DNA from: an uncultured Flavobacteriales bacterium | Lineage (GTDB): Bacteria > Bacteroidota > Bacteroidia > Flavobacteriales > BACL11 | Assembly: GCA_913031595.1 (NCBI GenBank) | Contig: CAJWCP010000001.1 | Location: forward strand, 4,782-68,781 | Length of the DNA: 64,000 nucleotides | Direction: 5' to 3' | In this document: positions 1 to 10,193 of the stretch, piece by piece | How the letters are laid out: each line of letters opens with the position of its first letter | How positions within the stretch are numbered: the first letter of the stretch is position 1 | Notes under the pieces: model-generated | Told to the model about the DNA's origin: nothing | Database searches by the model: none | The model's input: the letters and a program-made list of their open reading frames with translations, nothing else | Translations under genes and position numbers: made by a program

Positions 1-80
1 AACAAAATTATAAGATTGTTATTAATTGAAGTGTCTTTTTATAATATTTTCATATTATTGATTTTAAAATATAATAATTT

Positions 81-797
81 GTGATTACAAGAAGTCAAAT
101 TAAGTTTATTAAAAGTCTTTCTTTAAAGAAGAATAGGTATTTACATAAGTGCTTTATTGTTGAAGGGGAGAAGAACATATTAGAACTGATAAATTCTGAG
201 TATGAAATTCTACATTTATATCTAACAGAAGCTATAGATATTAATACAGGTTCATTACAAGTTAATTTTATATCTAAAAATGAACTTGCTAGGATTAGTT
301 GCCTAACTTCTCCTAATAAGGCTTTAGCCGTTGTAAAGATTCCTGCATTGAAAGATTTATCTACAGGTTCTGTATTAGTACTTGATAGTATTAGTGATCC
401 TGGTAATTTAGGGACTATTATAAGATTGTGTGATTGGTTTGGAGTTAAGAAAGTAGTATGCTCTGAAGATACAGTGGATGTGTATAATCCGAAAGTAGTA
501 CAGGCTAGTATGGGATCGATTTTCAGATTAGATGTTTTATATTCTGATTTAGAAAAATATCTAAAAGAAGTTGAAGGTCCTGTTTTTGGTTCTTTTATAA
601 ATGGAGAAGATATAAAAAAGCTTAATATTCCTTCATCTGATTTTCATCTTATTTTAGGTAATGAGTCAAGTGGAATTTCAAAAAAAATAGAAAAACTAAT
701 TACTAATAGAATTAGTATTACAAATAAAGGTTCACGAGCCGAATCATTAAATGTAGCGACAGCAGCAGCAATATTGTTATATGAGTTTTGTAATTAG
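81..797 (+). CDS. TrmH/SpoU-family RNA 2'-O-methyltransferase
   Basis: 238-aa ORF with a GTG start. SpoU methylase C-terminal motifs are present: DSISDPGNLGTIIRLCDWFG, ILGNESSGIS, SLNVATAAAILLYE. Confidence 0.8.
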   Translation: MITRSQIKFIKSLSLKKNRYLHKCFIVEGEKNILELINSEYEILHLYLTEAIDINTGSLQVNFISKNELARISCLTSPNKALAVVKIPALKDLSTGSVLVLDSISDPGNLGTIIRLCDWFGVKKVVCSEDTVDVYNPKVVQASMGSIFRLDVLYSDLEKYLKEVEGPVFGSFINGEDIKKLNIPSSDFHLILGNESSGISKKIEKLITNRISITNKGSRAESLNVATAAAILLYEFCN

Positions 798-799
798 CG

Positions 800-1072
800 C
801 TAAGGGCGATATTTCTCTTCCCATTTTAATCCCTGCCAAGCACATTCAGCACATCTATATCTTTTAAGATTAAATATTCTTAATGTAAGATGGTAAAATA
901 TTTTGTCTTGTTTTTTCCTTTGTATTCTTTTCAATGCAAATGAGCAATCAGGGCAACAATTGTTACAGTTTTCACATACTTGCTTCTTTCCAAAGCCTAA
1001 AAAGCGTAGTATAAATAATACTATAACATATCCTATAATAATTATAAATAATTTTAAAAAAGGGTCTGTCAT
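800..1072 (-). CDS. Hypothetical membrane-anchored Cys-rich mini-protein
   Basis: 90-aa ORF lying 64 nt downstream of porT on the same strand. One N-terminal hydrophobic helix (FIIIIGYVIVLFILRFLGF) is followed by CENCNNCCPDC ... CAEC. No family recognised with certainty. Confidence 0.45.
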   Translation of the reverse strand: MTDPFLKLFIIIIGYVIVLFILRFLGFGKKQVCENCNNCCPDCSFALKRIQRKKQDKIFYHLTLRIFNLKRYRCAECAWQGLKWEEKYRP

Positions 1073-1135
1073 AACTTACTTTTCCGCACTAAATATATAA
1101 AAAATATATTATATGCTTTTAAGCTATTTTTTTGA

Positions 1136-1837
1136 TTACTCAAATGTTAGAGATATCATCCATCCATTTGTTGTTAATCGATTGATAGATTGTGTATATA
1201 CTGTTTTGTCTTTTGAAATTAAATTTAGTATTCCATGTGATAGTTTTATCTGAGGAGAGAATTTAAAGTATTGAAGATAAAAATCAATACCAAAACCAAT
1301 TTCTCCCATTAAATCATTTTCTTTTAATTTGACTATTTCTTGTCCTTCATCATTAATTTTATCTTGAGATGCAATATCTAAACTATACTTAACCCCTGTT
1401 AATATATATGTTCTGAAATTATTATATCGCTCTGATTTGTATTTTATGTATAAAGGAAAGTCAAGTAATGTAGATTCAATTCTTTTAATATTTTTATCTT
1501 CAGAATTGTTAAAACCATACTCTAAATTACGTTCCGCAAATACTAGCATAGGAATAAATCTTAGATCTGTATATTTTCCAAGACGTAGATTTGATACAAT
1601 TCCTAGATTAAATCCTTTTTGGCTTCTTGATTGAAGTGTGGCTAGAGTATCATTATTAATAGTATTGCTATTCTTCTGCATATTAAAGTTTAGTTCATTA
1701 ATACCTAGAGTAAAGCCAAAATGAATTTTCTTAAAATCATAACGAGGAAGGTTTTGAGGCTTCTTGTATCTTTGACCATAAGTTGTTACACTAAACAATA
1801 GTAAAATAAGAATTATATATTTATTTTTCGTTTTCAT
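1136..1837 (-). CDS. porT: PorT/SprT-family outer-membrane beta-barrel protein (T9SS-associated)
   Basis: 233 aa with signal peptide MKTKNKYIILILLLFSVTTYGQ and an alternating beta-strand pattern ending in ISLTFE. It lies immediately downstream of ubiE, which is the conserved position of porT in Bacteroidota as I recall it. Confidence 0.55.
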   Translation of the reverse strand: MKTKNKYIILILLLFSVTTYGQRYKKPQNLPRYDFKKIHFGFTLGINELNFNMQKNSNTINNDTLATLQSRSQKGFNLGIVSNLRLGKYTDLRFIPMLVFAERNLEYGFNNSEDKNIKRIESTLLDFPLYIKYKSERYNNFRTYILTGVKYSLDIASQDKINDEGQEIVKLKENDLMGEIGFGIDFYLQYFKFSPQIKLSHGILNLISKDKTVYTQSINRLTTNGWMISLTFE

Positions 1838-1860
1838 TAATCGTGTAAACGAGTTCTCAT

Positions 1861-2580
1861 TTATTTTATTGCTGTATAAAGAGCGACAGAACCAAATGTT
1901 AAAGAGGTGTATTGACTATTTGTAAATCCTATTTCTGCTAGTTGCATAATGAATTCCTTTGAAGTAGGGAAGGCTTCAACAGATTCAGGTAAATATGAGT
2001 AAGCTCTCTTGTCTTTTGATATTATACCTCCTATAAATGGTGTTATATGATTAAAATATAAATTATACATTTGTTTTAGAGGAAAATACTTAGGAGTAGA
2101 AGGTTCTAAGATTATTAGCATTCCTTCTTTTTTTAATACTCTATAAATTTCTTTTAGTCCTTTTTCTCTATCCTCAAAGTTTCTTACACCAAAACCAGCT
2201 GTTATTGCATCAAATTGATTGTCATCAAATGGCAGGTTTTCAGAATCAGCTAGTGTAAGAGATATGCGTTCTTTTAGATTTTTATTGTGTATTTTGTTTT
2301 CTGCTATCTTGAGCATACCTTTTGAGATATCAATTCCAGTAATCTGTGCATTAGTGTATTTTGCAGCTGTTATTGCGAAATCACCTGTTCCGGTTGCTAT
2401 ATCAAGTATGTCTTTAGTGTTTTTGTTTAATTTTTTTATTGCTTTTTTTCTCCATATATGATGCATTCCAAATGACATTGACTGATTAAGCGTGTCATAG
2501 CTCTTTGCAATGTTATCAAACATTTGCATAATTTGTTTTTTCTTACTTCCAGAAGAGTGATAAGGTTTAATATCTATCAT
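1861..2580 (-). CDS. ubiE: Demethylmenaquinone/ubiquinone methyltransferase UbiE/MenG
   Basis: 239 aa with SAM-binding motif ILDIATGTGD and UbiE-type N-terminal region (VQxMFDxIAxxYDxxN-like: IMQMFDNIAKSYDTLN). Confidence 0.85.
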   Translation of the reverse strand: MIDIKPYHSSGSKKKQIMQMFDNIAKSYDTLNQSMSFGMHHIWRKKAIKKLNKNTKDILDIATGTGDFAITAAKYTNAQITGIDISKGMLKIAENKIHNKNLKERISLTLADSENLPFDDNQFDAITAGFGVRNFEDREKGLKEIYRVLKKEGMLIILEPSTPKYFPLKQMYNLYFNHITPFIGGIISKDKRAYSYLPESVEAFPTSKEFIMQLAEIGFTNSQYTSLTFGSVALYTAIK

Positions 2581-3557
2581 TAATTGATGTGTTTTATAGC
2601 TTCAGATAGTAGTTTTCTTTTGTTAATTGGAACAACACCTACATCTTCACAGACAATACCTCCTGCTAAATTAGCAAGTTTTGCTAATATTGAGTATTCT
2701 ATATTACTTGTTAAACACATTGCAGCTACTGATACAACTGTGTCTCCTGCGCCAGAGACATCTATTATATCTCTTTTAAATGCAGGTGTGTGCTGAAAAT
2801 ATTTTTCTGTGTTAATACATATTCCCTTTGATGATAAAGTTAATAATAGACCCTTAGCATTAAGTTCTTTTCTTGTTATTTCTGTTACTTTCTTTAGGTT
2901 TTCTTCACTATTTTCATCTACATCAATATTCATTCCATTTATTATTTCTTTGAGGTTTGGTTTAAAGATAGTGCAATCTTTATAATGTTTGAAGTTATTA
3001 ATTTTAGGATCAACAATTGTTGGGATATTATTTTTGTTTGCATATTCAATAGCTTTCTTAATTACATTTTCTGTTAGTACTCCTTTATTATAATCTTCTA
3101 GAATTACTACATCAACACCTTGAATTATATTTTTTATTAATTTGATTAAATCTTCTTCAATTTTAATTGAGGATGTTTCTTCTTCATCAATTCTGATTTG
3201 ATGTTTATTATTAGCTATTATACGTGTTTTGACAGTTGTTTTACGCTCTTTTTCAATTAATATTCCCTTCGAGGATATATTTTTTTCTTCTAGAAATTCT
3301 TTAATTAGCTTCCCATCATAATCTTTTCCTATCACAGAACATAATATAGGTTCGCCACCCAATGATTTAATATTAAGAGCTACATTACCTGCGCCACCTA
3401 ATTTTTTTTCATATTTTTCTATTTCTACTATTGGAACAGGAGCTTCAGGGGACATTCTATTTGAAATCCCCCACATATAAGAGTCAATCATTATATCACC
3501 TATAATTAGGACTTTTTTTGATTCAAAAGATTTAAATAGATTGTTAAAATCTATCAT
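2580..3557 (-). CDS. PfkB-family sugar kinase, RfaE domain I / HldA-like (heptose 7-phosphate kinase)
   Basis: 325 aa with N-terminal VLIIGDIMIDSY...SPEAPVP and C-terminal DVSGAGDT anion-hole motif. Its stop overlaps the ubiE start. Confidence 0.7.
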   Translation of the reverse strand: MIDFNNLFKSFESKKVLIIGDIMIDSYMWGISNRMSPEAPVPIVEIEKYEKKLGGAGNVALNIKSLGGEPILCSVIGKDYDGKLIKEFLEEKNISSKGILIEKERKTTVKTRIIANNKHQIRIDEEETSSIKIEEDLIKLIKNIIQGVDVVILEDYNKGVLTENVIKKAIEYANKNNIPTIVDPKINNFKHYKDCTIFKPNLKEIINGMNIDVDENSEENLKKVTEITRKELNAKGLLLTLSSKGICINTEKYFQHTPAFKRDIIDVSGAGDTVVSVAAMCLTSNIEYSILAKLANLAGGIVCEDVGVVPINKRKLLSEAIKHIN

Positions 3558-4750
3558 GACAGCTTCTTTAATTGTTTTTTTATTCTACTCATTGCTTCAA
3601 TGATTCTTTCATCAGAAGCTGCATATGAAATTCTTATGCATTTTTTGTTGCCAAAAGCATCTCCCGCAACACATGCTACATGTGCATTATTTAATAAATA
3701 CATGCAAAAGTCATTTGCATTATTAATTGTTGTATTTCCATCTGATTTTCCAAAGTATGATGATATATCAGGAAACACATAAAAAGCGCCTTGAGGCAGA
3801 TTACATTTAATGCCAGGTATTTCTTTTAATAATTTCACTAGAATATCTCTTCTAGTAAGAAAATGTTCTTTCATTTCTTGAGTTGTTGACTTTGGTTCAG
3901 CAAGCATTGCTCTTTCAGTAGCTTTTTGTGCAATTGCACACGTTGCAGAAGTTACTTGACCCTGTATTTTATTACATGCTTTAGCTATCCAGAGAGGAGC
4001 TCCGATAAATCCTACTCTCCATCCAGTCATGGCAAATCCCTTTGAAACACCATTTACAGTGATAGTACGTTCTTTTAATGAAGGGATAGTGCCAATGCTA
4101 AAGTGTTTTTCAGTAAAATTAATATGTTCGTATATCTCATCAGCAATAATATATATGTTAGGGTGTTTTTCTAGCATTTTTGCTATCGCTTCAAGTTCTG
4201 TTCGTGTATATACTGTGCCACTAGGGTTGCACGGAGAGCTAAACATTAATATTTTAGTTTTTGGTGTAATAGCAGATTCTAATTCATCAGGTGTTACTTT
4301 AAAATCAGAGTCAATGGTTGAGGGTATTTCAATAGGGGTACCTTCTGCTAATTTTACAATCTCAGCATAACTTACCCAATAAGGACAGGGTAGTAGTACT
4401 TCATCATCAGGATTTAATAAACTTAAGCAAACATTTGCTAAAGATTGTTTTGCGCCAGTTGAGGTTACAATTTGATCAGAGGTAAAATCTAAATTATTAT
4501 CTCTTTTAAATTTTTTTGCAATTGCACTTCTAAGTTCTGGCAATCCAGATACAGGTGTATAGTGTGAGAAATTATCATCAATTGCTTTCTTGCCAGCTTC
4601 TTTGATAAATTCAGGTGTATTAAAATCAGGCTCTCCTAAACTTAAAGCAATTACATCAATTCCTTTTGCTTGTAGTTCTCGACTCATTCTTGCCATGGCA
4701 AGAGTTGCTGATTCTGCTAGTAGATTTAACCTGTTTGATACTTTTGTCAT
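3554..4750 (-). CDS. PLP-dependent aspartate/aromatic aminotransferase (class I)
   Basis: 398 aa with PLP-lysine region NGVSKGFAMTGWRVG and PCNPSG motif. Confidence 0.8.
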   Translation of the reverse strand: MTKVSNRLNLLAESATLAMARMSRELQAKGIDVIALSLGEPDFNTPEFIKEAGKKAIDDNFSHYTPVSGLPELRSAIAKKFKRDNNLDFTSDQIVTSTGAKQSLANVCLSLLNPDDEVLLPCPYWVSYAEIVKLAEGTPIEIPSTIDSDFKVTPDELESAITPKTKILMFSSPCNPSGTVYTRTELEAIAKMLEKHPNIYIIADEIYEHINFTEKHFSIGTIPSLKERTITVNGVSKGFAMTGWRVGFIGAPLWIAKACNKIQGQVTSATCAIAQKATERAMLAEPKSTTQEMKEHFLTRRDILVKLLKEIPGIKCNLPQGAFYVFPDISSYFGKSDGNTTINNANDFCMYLLNNAHVACVAGDAFGNKKCIRISYAASDERIIEAMSRIKKQLKKLS

Positions 4751-4769
4751 GGTTGATTATTTGATATTG

Positions 4770-4777
4770 CAAATATA
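4770..4777 (-). promoter_or_regulatory. Bacteroidota -7 promoter element (TATATTTG) for the aminotransferase gene
   Basis: The reverse complement of caaatata matches TAnnTTTG and lies 19 nt upstream of the ATG at 4750. A second copy is at 4829-4836. Confidence 0.4.
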
Positions 4778-4997
4778 TGAAGTACATTTTGAGTAGTTTA
4801 TTAACTAGTGTTTTTTTTTGTAATTTTACAAATATATAAAAGCTGATTTACGCATTATGAGCAGTAATAATTACATTTTCTTTATGTGAAGATGCAGGTA
4901 TATCAATTTCAAATACGAATAATGCTATAGGTCAAAATAATAGATTAACAATGAAAAAACTAATATTACAGTAATAAAAAGGATAATTATAGAAAAG

Positions 4998-5939
4998 TTA
5001 TAAATCTTTTATTATCTCATAAAGTTTTTTTCCACTTTTAAGGTCTTTTTCTAAGAGCTGTATTTTTTTATTAGATATAAGATTATTGTATTCTTTTTTT
5101 CCAAATTCTTCTTTAATTTTCTCATGTAACCAATAGATTTCTTGTTGTTCTCTATTATGTTCTTTCCATCCGTTACTATTCATTTGAGCGTTGTAAGTAT
5201 TTATAGTTTTATATACTTTATCAATTCCTGTATTTTTAATAGCAGAGCAAATGGATACTTGTGGAACCCAACCATTTTCCATAGGAGGGAAGAGGTGTAT
5301 AGATCTTTTGTAAGTAAGTGCAGCATTATTAGCATTTGTGATGTTTTTTCCATCTGCTTTATTAATGATTATATAATCTGCTTGCTCCATTATTCCTCTT
5401 TTAATACCTTGTAATTCATCTCCAGCTCCTGCTAACATTAATAGTAAAAAGAAATCAGTTAAATTACTAACCGTAGTTTCACTTTGCCCAACACCAACAG
5501 TTTCTATTAAGACAATATCATACCCAGCTGCCTCACACAGAATAATACTTTCTTTTGTTTTGTTAGCAACACCTCCAAGTGTTCCGCTACTAGGGCTAGG
5601 TCTAATAAAGGCATTTTTATCTACCGATAATTGATTCATTCTACTTTTATCACCTAAAATACTACCATGAGTTTTGTTAGATGTAGGGTCAATTGCTAAT
5701 ACAGCAACTTTATGGCCTTTTTTAGTAAGTAGTTTGCCAAATACATCAATGAAAGTACTTTTTCCAACTCCTGGCACACCAGTTATACCTATTCTTATTG
5801 AATTTCCACTAAGAGGTAAGCATTTAGAAACGAGATTTTGAGCATCTAAGAGGTCTTTTTCTAGAGAACTTTCTAATAAAGTAATTCCTTTAGCAAGAGC
5901 TGATTGATCACCTTGTGTTATTTTAGAGATAAGTTCCAT
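4998..5939 (-). CDS. meaB: MeaB/ArgK-family G3E GTPase (methylmalonyl-CoA mutase-associated)
   Basis: 313 aa with P-loop GVPGVGKST, ETVGVGQSE and NKAD motifs. Confidence 0.8.
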   Translation of the reverse strand: MELISKITQGDQSALAKGITLLESSLEKDLLDAQNLVSKCLPLSGNSIRIGITGVPGVGKSTFIDVFGKLLTKKGHKVAVLAIDPTSNKTHGSILGDKSRMNQLSVDKNAFIRPSPSSGTLGGVANKTKESIILCEAAGYDIVLIETVGVGQSETTVSNLTDFFLLLMLAGAGDELQGIKRGIMEQADYIIINKADGKNITNANNAALTYKRSIHLFPPMENGWVPQVSICSAIKNTGIDKVYKTINTYNAQMNSNGWKEHNREQQEIYWLHEKIKEEFGKKEYNNLISNKKIQLLEKDLKSGKKLYEIIKDL

Positions 5940-6317
5940 TTATTTAACAGCTATCACTGATATTTCTACATTGACATTTTTTGGTAAAGCAGAAACTTCT
6001 ATTGCCTCCCGCGCTGGAGGTTCTTCGATAAAGTACATGGAATACACTTTATTTATTTCACTATAGTCATTCATGTCTTTCATAAAGATTGAACATTTAA
6101 CTATATTACTAAAATCCATATCTGCAGCTTTTAATACCTCTGAGATGTTTCTCATAACCTGCATAGTTTCATTTCTAATATTATCTATGACTAAACTTCC
6201 TGTTTGAGGGTTTATTGCAATTTGACCTGAACAGTATAAGGTATTATTGCTTAGTATTGCTTGACTGTATGGTCCAATTGCTGCTGGAGCATTTTTTGTT
6301 GTAATTACTTTTTTCAT
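5940..6317 (-). CDS. ridA: RidA/YjgF-family reactive-intermediate deaminase
   Basis: The start is placed at the internal ATG (MKKVITTKNAPAAIGPYSQA...). The 10 extra codons in the ORF track would overlap yggS. Confidence 0.85.
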   Translation of the reverse strand: MKKVITTKNAPAAIGPYSQAILSNNTLYCSGQIAINPQTGSLVIDNIRNETMQVMRNISEVLKAADMDFSNIVKCSIFMKDMNDYSEINKVYSMYFIEEPPAREAIEVSALPKNVNVEISVIAVK

Positions 6318-6321
6318 TTTT

Positions 6322-6963
6322 TTAATTTCTACTTCCAAATATAGCACTTCCTATTCTAACCATTGTAGTTCCTTCTTCAATAGCTAATTTATAATCTCCA
6401 CTCATGCCCATTGATAATGTATTAATAGTATTATTCTTTATGTTATTAAATAGGCTTTTAAGATTTTTAAATTCCTTGCTTATTTGCTGAGTATTATTTG
6501 TAAATGTTGCCATGCCCATTAATCCAATAATATTAATGTTTGTAAACATTGAAGATTTTAATAATATATTATTTATTTCAGATTTATTAAAGCCAAATTT
6601 TGAGCTTTCTTCTGCGATATGCACTTGAAGAAGGCAGTTTATTTTTCTTTCATTTTGTATTGCTCTTTTATTTACTTCTTCAAGTAAAGTTATAGAATCT
6701 ATAGAATGAATTAAATTTACAAAAGGAGCAATGTGTTTCACTTTATTTCTTTGTAAATGTCCAATCATATGCCACTGAATATCTTTAGGCAGTTCTTGAG
6801 CTTTTTTCTTTAATTCTAATGCTTTATTTTCTCCAAATATCTTTTGTCCTGCATTATATGCTTGTAGTATTTCGGAGTTTGTTTTAGTTTTTGAAACAGC
6901 CACTAAGCTAACATGTTGTGGTATTTTTTTATATAATAAGTTTAAATTATCTGAAATACTCAT
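6322..6963 (-). CDS. yggS: YggS-family PLP homeostasis protein
   Basis: 213 aa with PLP-lysine motif LVAVSKTK and HxIGxLQxNK motif (HMIGHLQRNK). Confidence 0.85.
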   Translation of the reverse strand: MSISDNLNLLYKKIPQHVSLVAVSKTKTNSEILQAYNAGQKIFGENKALELKKKAQELPKDIQWHMIGHLQRNKVKHIAPFVNLIHSIDSITLLEEVNKRAIQNERKINCLLQVHIAEESSKFGFNKSEINNILLKSSMFTNINIIGLMGMATFTNNTQQISKEFKNLKSLFNNIKNNTINTLSMGMSGDYKLAIEEGTTMVRIGSAIFGSRN

Positions 6964-8166
6964 TTATTCTAATGGATAAATAGTTAAGCCAGATCTTAAT
7001 TTTGGTTCTATATAGGTACTTTTAGGCGGCATAAATTTATTTTTATCTGCAACTTCTTTAATTGCTTTAATTGGAATTGGCTTTAATATAAAAGCAACTT
7101 GATATTCACGATTGTCAATTAATTCTTTTATTTTTTCAAAATTAACTTTTCCAGACATGAATTTGATATTTTTATCTGTTTTTTCATCAATAATATTAAG
7201 TATTGGTTGTAAAATATTATTTGATAATATTGCAGGGTCAAGTTTATTAACGCAATCATTTTCTTTATTTTCTTTTCTTAGTTTTAACAAATAAGATTTA
7301 CCTTCTAAATACATGCCAATTTCATCTTTTTTAGTAGGTGTACAACTTTTATTTTGGATTATATTAAATCTATCTTTTATTTGTGTTAATAATTGATTTG
7401 TTGTCAGGTTGTTTAATTTTTTAATTAATCTATTAAAGCTAGTTACGTGCAGTTGATTTTCATCAATTAAGAAACTCATAAAGTAATTGTTATTATTTTT
7501 TTTGTTTTTAGAGAGTAGAGCAGAAGATGCACATCTATGATGACCATCAGCAATATAAAGCGTGTTCATTTTTTCAAATATTTTACTTATATTTCTTATG
7601 TCGTTCATGTTATTTACAACCCACAATTTATGTAAGGTTTTATTAGTTGTTGTAAATTCATATTCACTTCTTAGTTCCTCATATTTTTTAATTATTTTTT
7701 TTATTGCAAGGTTTCTTGGATGACAAAGTAAGACAGGATCTGCATTAAATCCTGTTGTTTCTAGGTAGTCTTTGAACATTTTCTCTCTTTTAGTAATTGT
7801 ATGTTCATGTTTTTTTATTTGATTATTTATATAATCTTTAACAGAGGATCCAGCTATTATTCCTATATATCTATATTGAGAGTTTTCTTGTAAATAAATG
7901 TAATAGCATGCTTTTTTATCTTGAAATAAATGTCCTTCTTTAATAAACTCTTTATATTTCTTTTTTACTAGCTTAAATTTTGCAATCCCTTTACTTTTTT
8001 TTTGACTTTTATAATCAGGGTTAATTATGTGTAAGAATGTATAGGGGTTGTTTTCTAACTTTTCTTTTAACGTTTTTTGAGAATAAGAGAGATAAGACCT
8101 GCTTGCAATAAGACCTGCTTTGTCTCTTTTTGGACGTATAGCTTTAAAAGGAACAACCTTAGCCAT
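6964..8166 (-). CDS. DUF1015-family protein
   Basis: 400 aa with the characteristic N-terminus MAKVVPFKAIRP...ASRSYLSY and ADGHHR motif. Confidence 0.7.
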   Translation of the reverse strand: MAKVVPFKAIRPKRDKAGLIASRSYLSYSQKTLKEKLENNPYTFLHIINPDYKSQKKSKGIAKFKLVKKKYKEFIKEGHLFQDKKACYYIYLQENSQYRYIGIIAGSSVKDYINNQIKKHEHTITKREKMFKDYLETTGFNADPVLLCHPRNLAIKKIIKKYEELRSEYEFTTTNKTLHKLWVVNNMNDIRNISKIFEKMNTLYIADGHHRCASSALLSKNKKNNNNYFMSFLIDENQLHVTSFNRLIKKLNNLTTNQLLTQIKDRFNIIQNKSCTPTKKDEIGMYLEGKSYLLKLRKENKENDCVNKLDPAILSNNILQPILNIIDEKTDKNIKFMSGKVNFEKIKELIDNREYQVAFILKPIPIKAIKEVADKNKFMPPKSTYIEPKLRSGLTIYPLE

Positions 8167-8167
8167 T

Positions 8168-9127
8168 TTATTTTTTAAAATATGTGATAATTTGCTCTGC
8201 TAACTCGAGCCCTATTTTATCTTGTGCTTCCACTGTTGCTCCTCCAATATGAGGGGATAATGAAATAGCATTATGCATTAATAAGTGAATACTAGGGCTA
8301 GGTTCATTTTCAAAAACATCTAATGCAGCATAAGATAACTTTTCTTTATCCAATGCAAACATAAGTGCATCTTCATCAATAATACCACCTCTTGCAGTAT
8401 TGATAATGCCAGTACCAGTTTTCATCATGCCAATTTCTTTTGCTCCAATAGTTGGTTTATTGCCACTTTTTGGAATATGTAGTGTAATAAAGTCAGAGTT
8501 GGAAAGGACATGTTCTAAAGATTTAGTTTCAATAGTAAATGATTTTTCCTCATTATTAAAGAAATGTATTGTAATTTCTTGTTTTTTAATAAATTTATCA
8601 TGAGCTAATATATTCATGCCAAGACCTATAGCTCTTTTTGCAACTTCTTGACCAATTCTACCAAAACCTACAATGCCTAAGGTTTTACCATATAGTTCTT
8701 GTCCTTTAGAATATGATTTTTTTAATTTTTTAAAATCCTGATCACCTTCTAGTGGCATTTTTCTATTTGAATCATATAAAAATCGTACTAATCCAAGTAG
8801 ATGTGCAAATACAAGTTCTGCAACTGAAGTAGAAGAAGCAGCTGGTGTATTAATTACATGAATATCTTTTTTCTTTGCATAATCTACATCAATGTTATCC
8901 ATGCCTACACCACCTCTTCCAATAATTTTAAGTTGTGGACATGCATCGATCAAATCTTTACGTACACTAGTTGCACTTCTTACAAGCAGTACTTCATAAT
9001 TCTCCTTATTTATTATGTCAATTAGTTTTTCTTGACTAATATGATCAGTTGAGATATTAAATCCTTTCTCTTCTAGTTCTTTTTTTCCTAGATGTGATAT
9101 GCCGTCATTTGCTAATATATTTATCAT
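8168..9127 (-). CDS. serA: D-3-phosphoglycerate dehydrogenase / D-2-hydroxyacid dehydrogenase
   Basis: 319 aa with NAD-binding GIVGFGRIGQEVA. It is adjacent to serC. Confidence 0.8.
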   Translation of the reverse strand: MINILANDGISHLGKKELEEKGFNISTDHISQEKLIDIINKENYEVLLVRSATSVRKDLIDACPQLKIIGRGGVGMDNIDVDYAKKKDIHVINTPAASSTSVAELVFAHLLGLVRFLYDSNRKMPLEGDQDFKKLKKSYSKGQELYGKTLGIVGFGRIGQEVAKRAIGLGMNILAHDKFIKKQEITIHFFNNEEKSFTIETKSLEHVLSNSDFITLHIPKSGNKPTIGAKEIGMMKTGTGIINTARGGIIDEDALMFALDKEKLSYAALDVFENEPSPSIHLLMHNAISLSPHIGGATVEAQDKIGLELAEQIITYFKK

Positions 9128-9128
9128 T

Positions 9129-10193
9129 TTATAGTTTTTCTATTTTTTTCATTAATTTGATTAATATTTCAATACTTTCAATAGGCATTGCATTGTAAAT
9201 TGATGCTCTATATCCTCCTACTGATCTATGTCCCTTGATTCCTGTAATACCTGTTTGATGACACATTTCATCAAATTTTTCTTGGTATTTATTCTCTGTA
9301 AGAAGAAAACATACATTCATATTTGAGCGGTCTTCTTTTTCTGCAGTTCCTTGGAAAAGAGGGTTTCGATCAATTTCATCATATAATAGTTTTGCTTTTT
9401 TTTGGTTTTCCTTTTCGATTATATCTACACCCCCTAAATCTTTTAACCATTCTAATGTTAACATTGAGACATATATTGGAAATACAGGAGGAGTGTTAAA
9501 CATACTTTGTTTGTTGATATGTGTATTATAATCTAGCATTGTTGGTATATTTCTTCCTGTTTTTCCTAATATATTGTCTTTTACAATTACTAGAGTGGTC
9601 CCTGCTGGTCCCATGTTTTTTTGTGCCCCTGCATAGATAAGATCAAATTTTTTCACATCTATTTTTCTGCTAAATATGTCGGAACTCATATCACATGTCA
9701 ATAAAGTAGGACACTCAGGAAATTTCTTTATTTGAGTTCCATAAATAGTATTGTTAGAAGTGCAATGAAAATAATCAACATCTCTAGGTATTTTATATTC
9801 TTTAGGAATATATGTGTAATTTTTATCAGATGAATCTGCTAAGATTATAGTTTCTCCTATTTTTTCTGCTTCTGTTATAGCTTTTTTAGCCCAAGCTCCT
9901 GTGTTGATATATGTAGCTTTACCATTTAATTTCATCAAGTTAAGAGTAACCATTAAAAATTGCATACTTGCGCCTCCTTGTAAGAATAAGACAGAGTATC
10001 CTTTTGGAATTTCTAACAATTCTTTTACTAATGTTTGAGCTCTTTCCATTACATTAATAAAAGGTTGACTTCTATGAGAAATTTCAATTAATGATAAGTT
10101 ATCATTATTGAAGTTGAGTATTGATTGTGATGCCTTTTCTAGAACATCTTGTGGTAATATGCAGGGGCCAGCACTAAAATTATGTTTTTTCAT
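9129..10193 (-). CDS. serC: Phosphoserine aminotransferase
   Basis: 354 aa with SerC-type N-terminus MKKHNFSAGPCILP and the lysine region YAGAQKNMGPAG. Confidence 0.9.
   Translation of the reverse strand: MKKHNFSAGPCILPQDVLEKASQSILNFNNDNLSLIEISHRSQPFINVMERAQTLVKELLEIPKGYSVLFLQGGASMQFLMVTLNLMKLNGKATYINTGAWAKKAITEAEKIGETIILADSSDKNYTYIPKEYKIPRDVDYFHCTSNNTIYGTQIKKFPECPTLLTCDMSSDIFSRKIDVKKFDLIYAGAQKNMGPAGTTLVIVKDNILGKTGRNIPTMLDYNTHINKQSMFNTPPVFPIYVSMLTLEWLKDLGGVDIIEKENQKKAKLLYDEIDRNPLFQGTAEKEDRSNMNVCFLLTENKYQEKFDEMCHQTGITGIKGHRSVGGYRASIYNAMPIESIEILIKLMKKIEKL

Noticed and set aside
4998-5939. MeaB without an adjacent methylmalonyl-CoA mutase might be an anomaly.
   Set aside because: The mutase genes may simply lie elsewhere in the genome. 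This cannot be judged from a 64-kb window.
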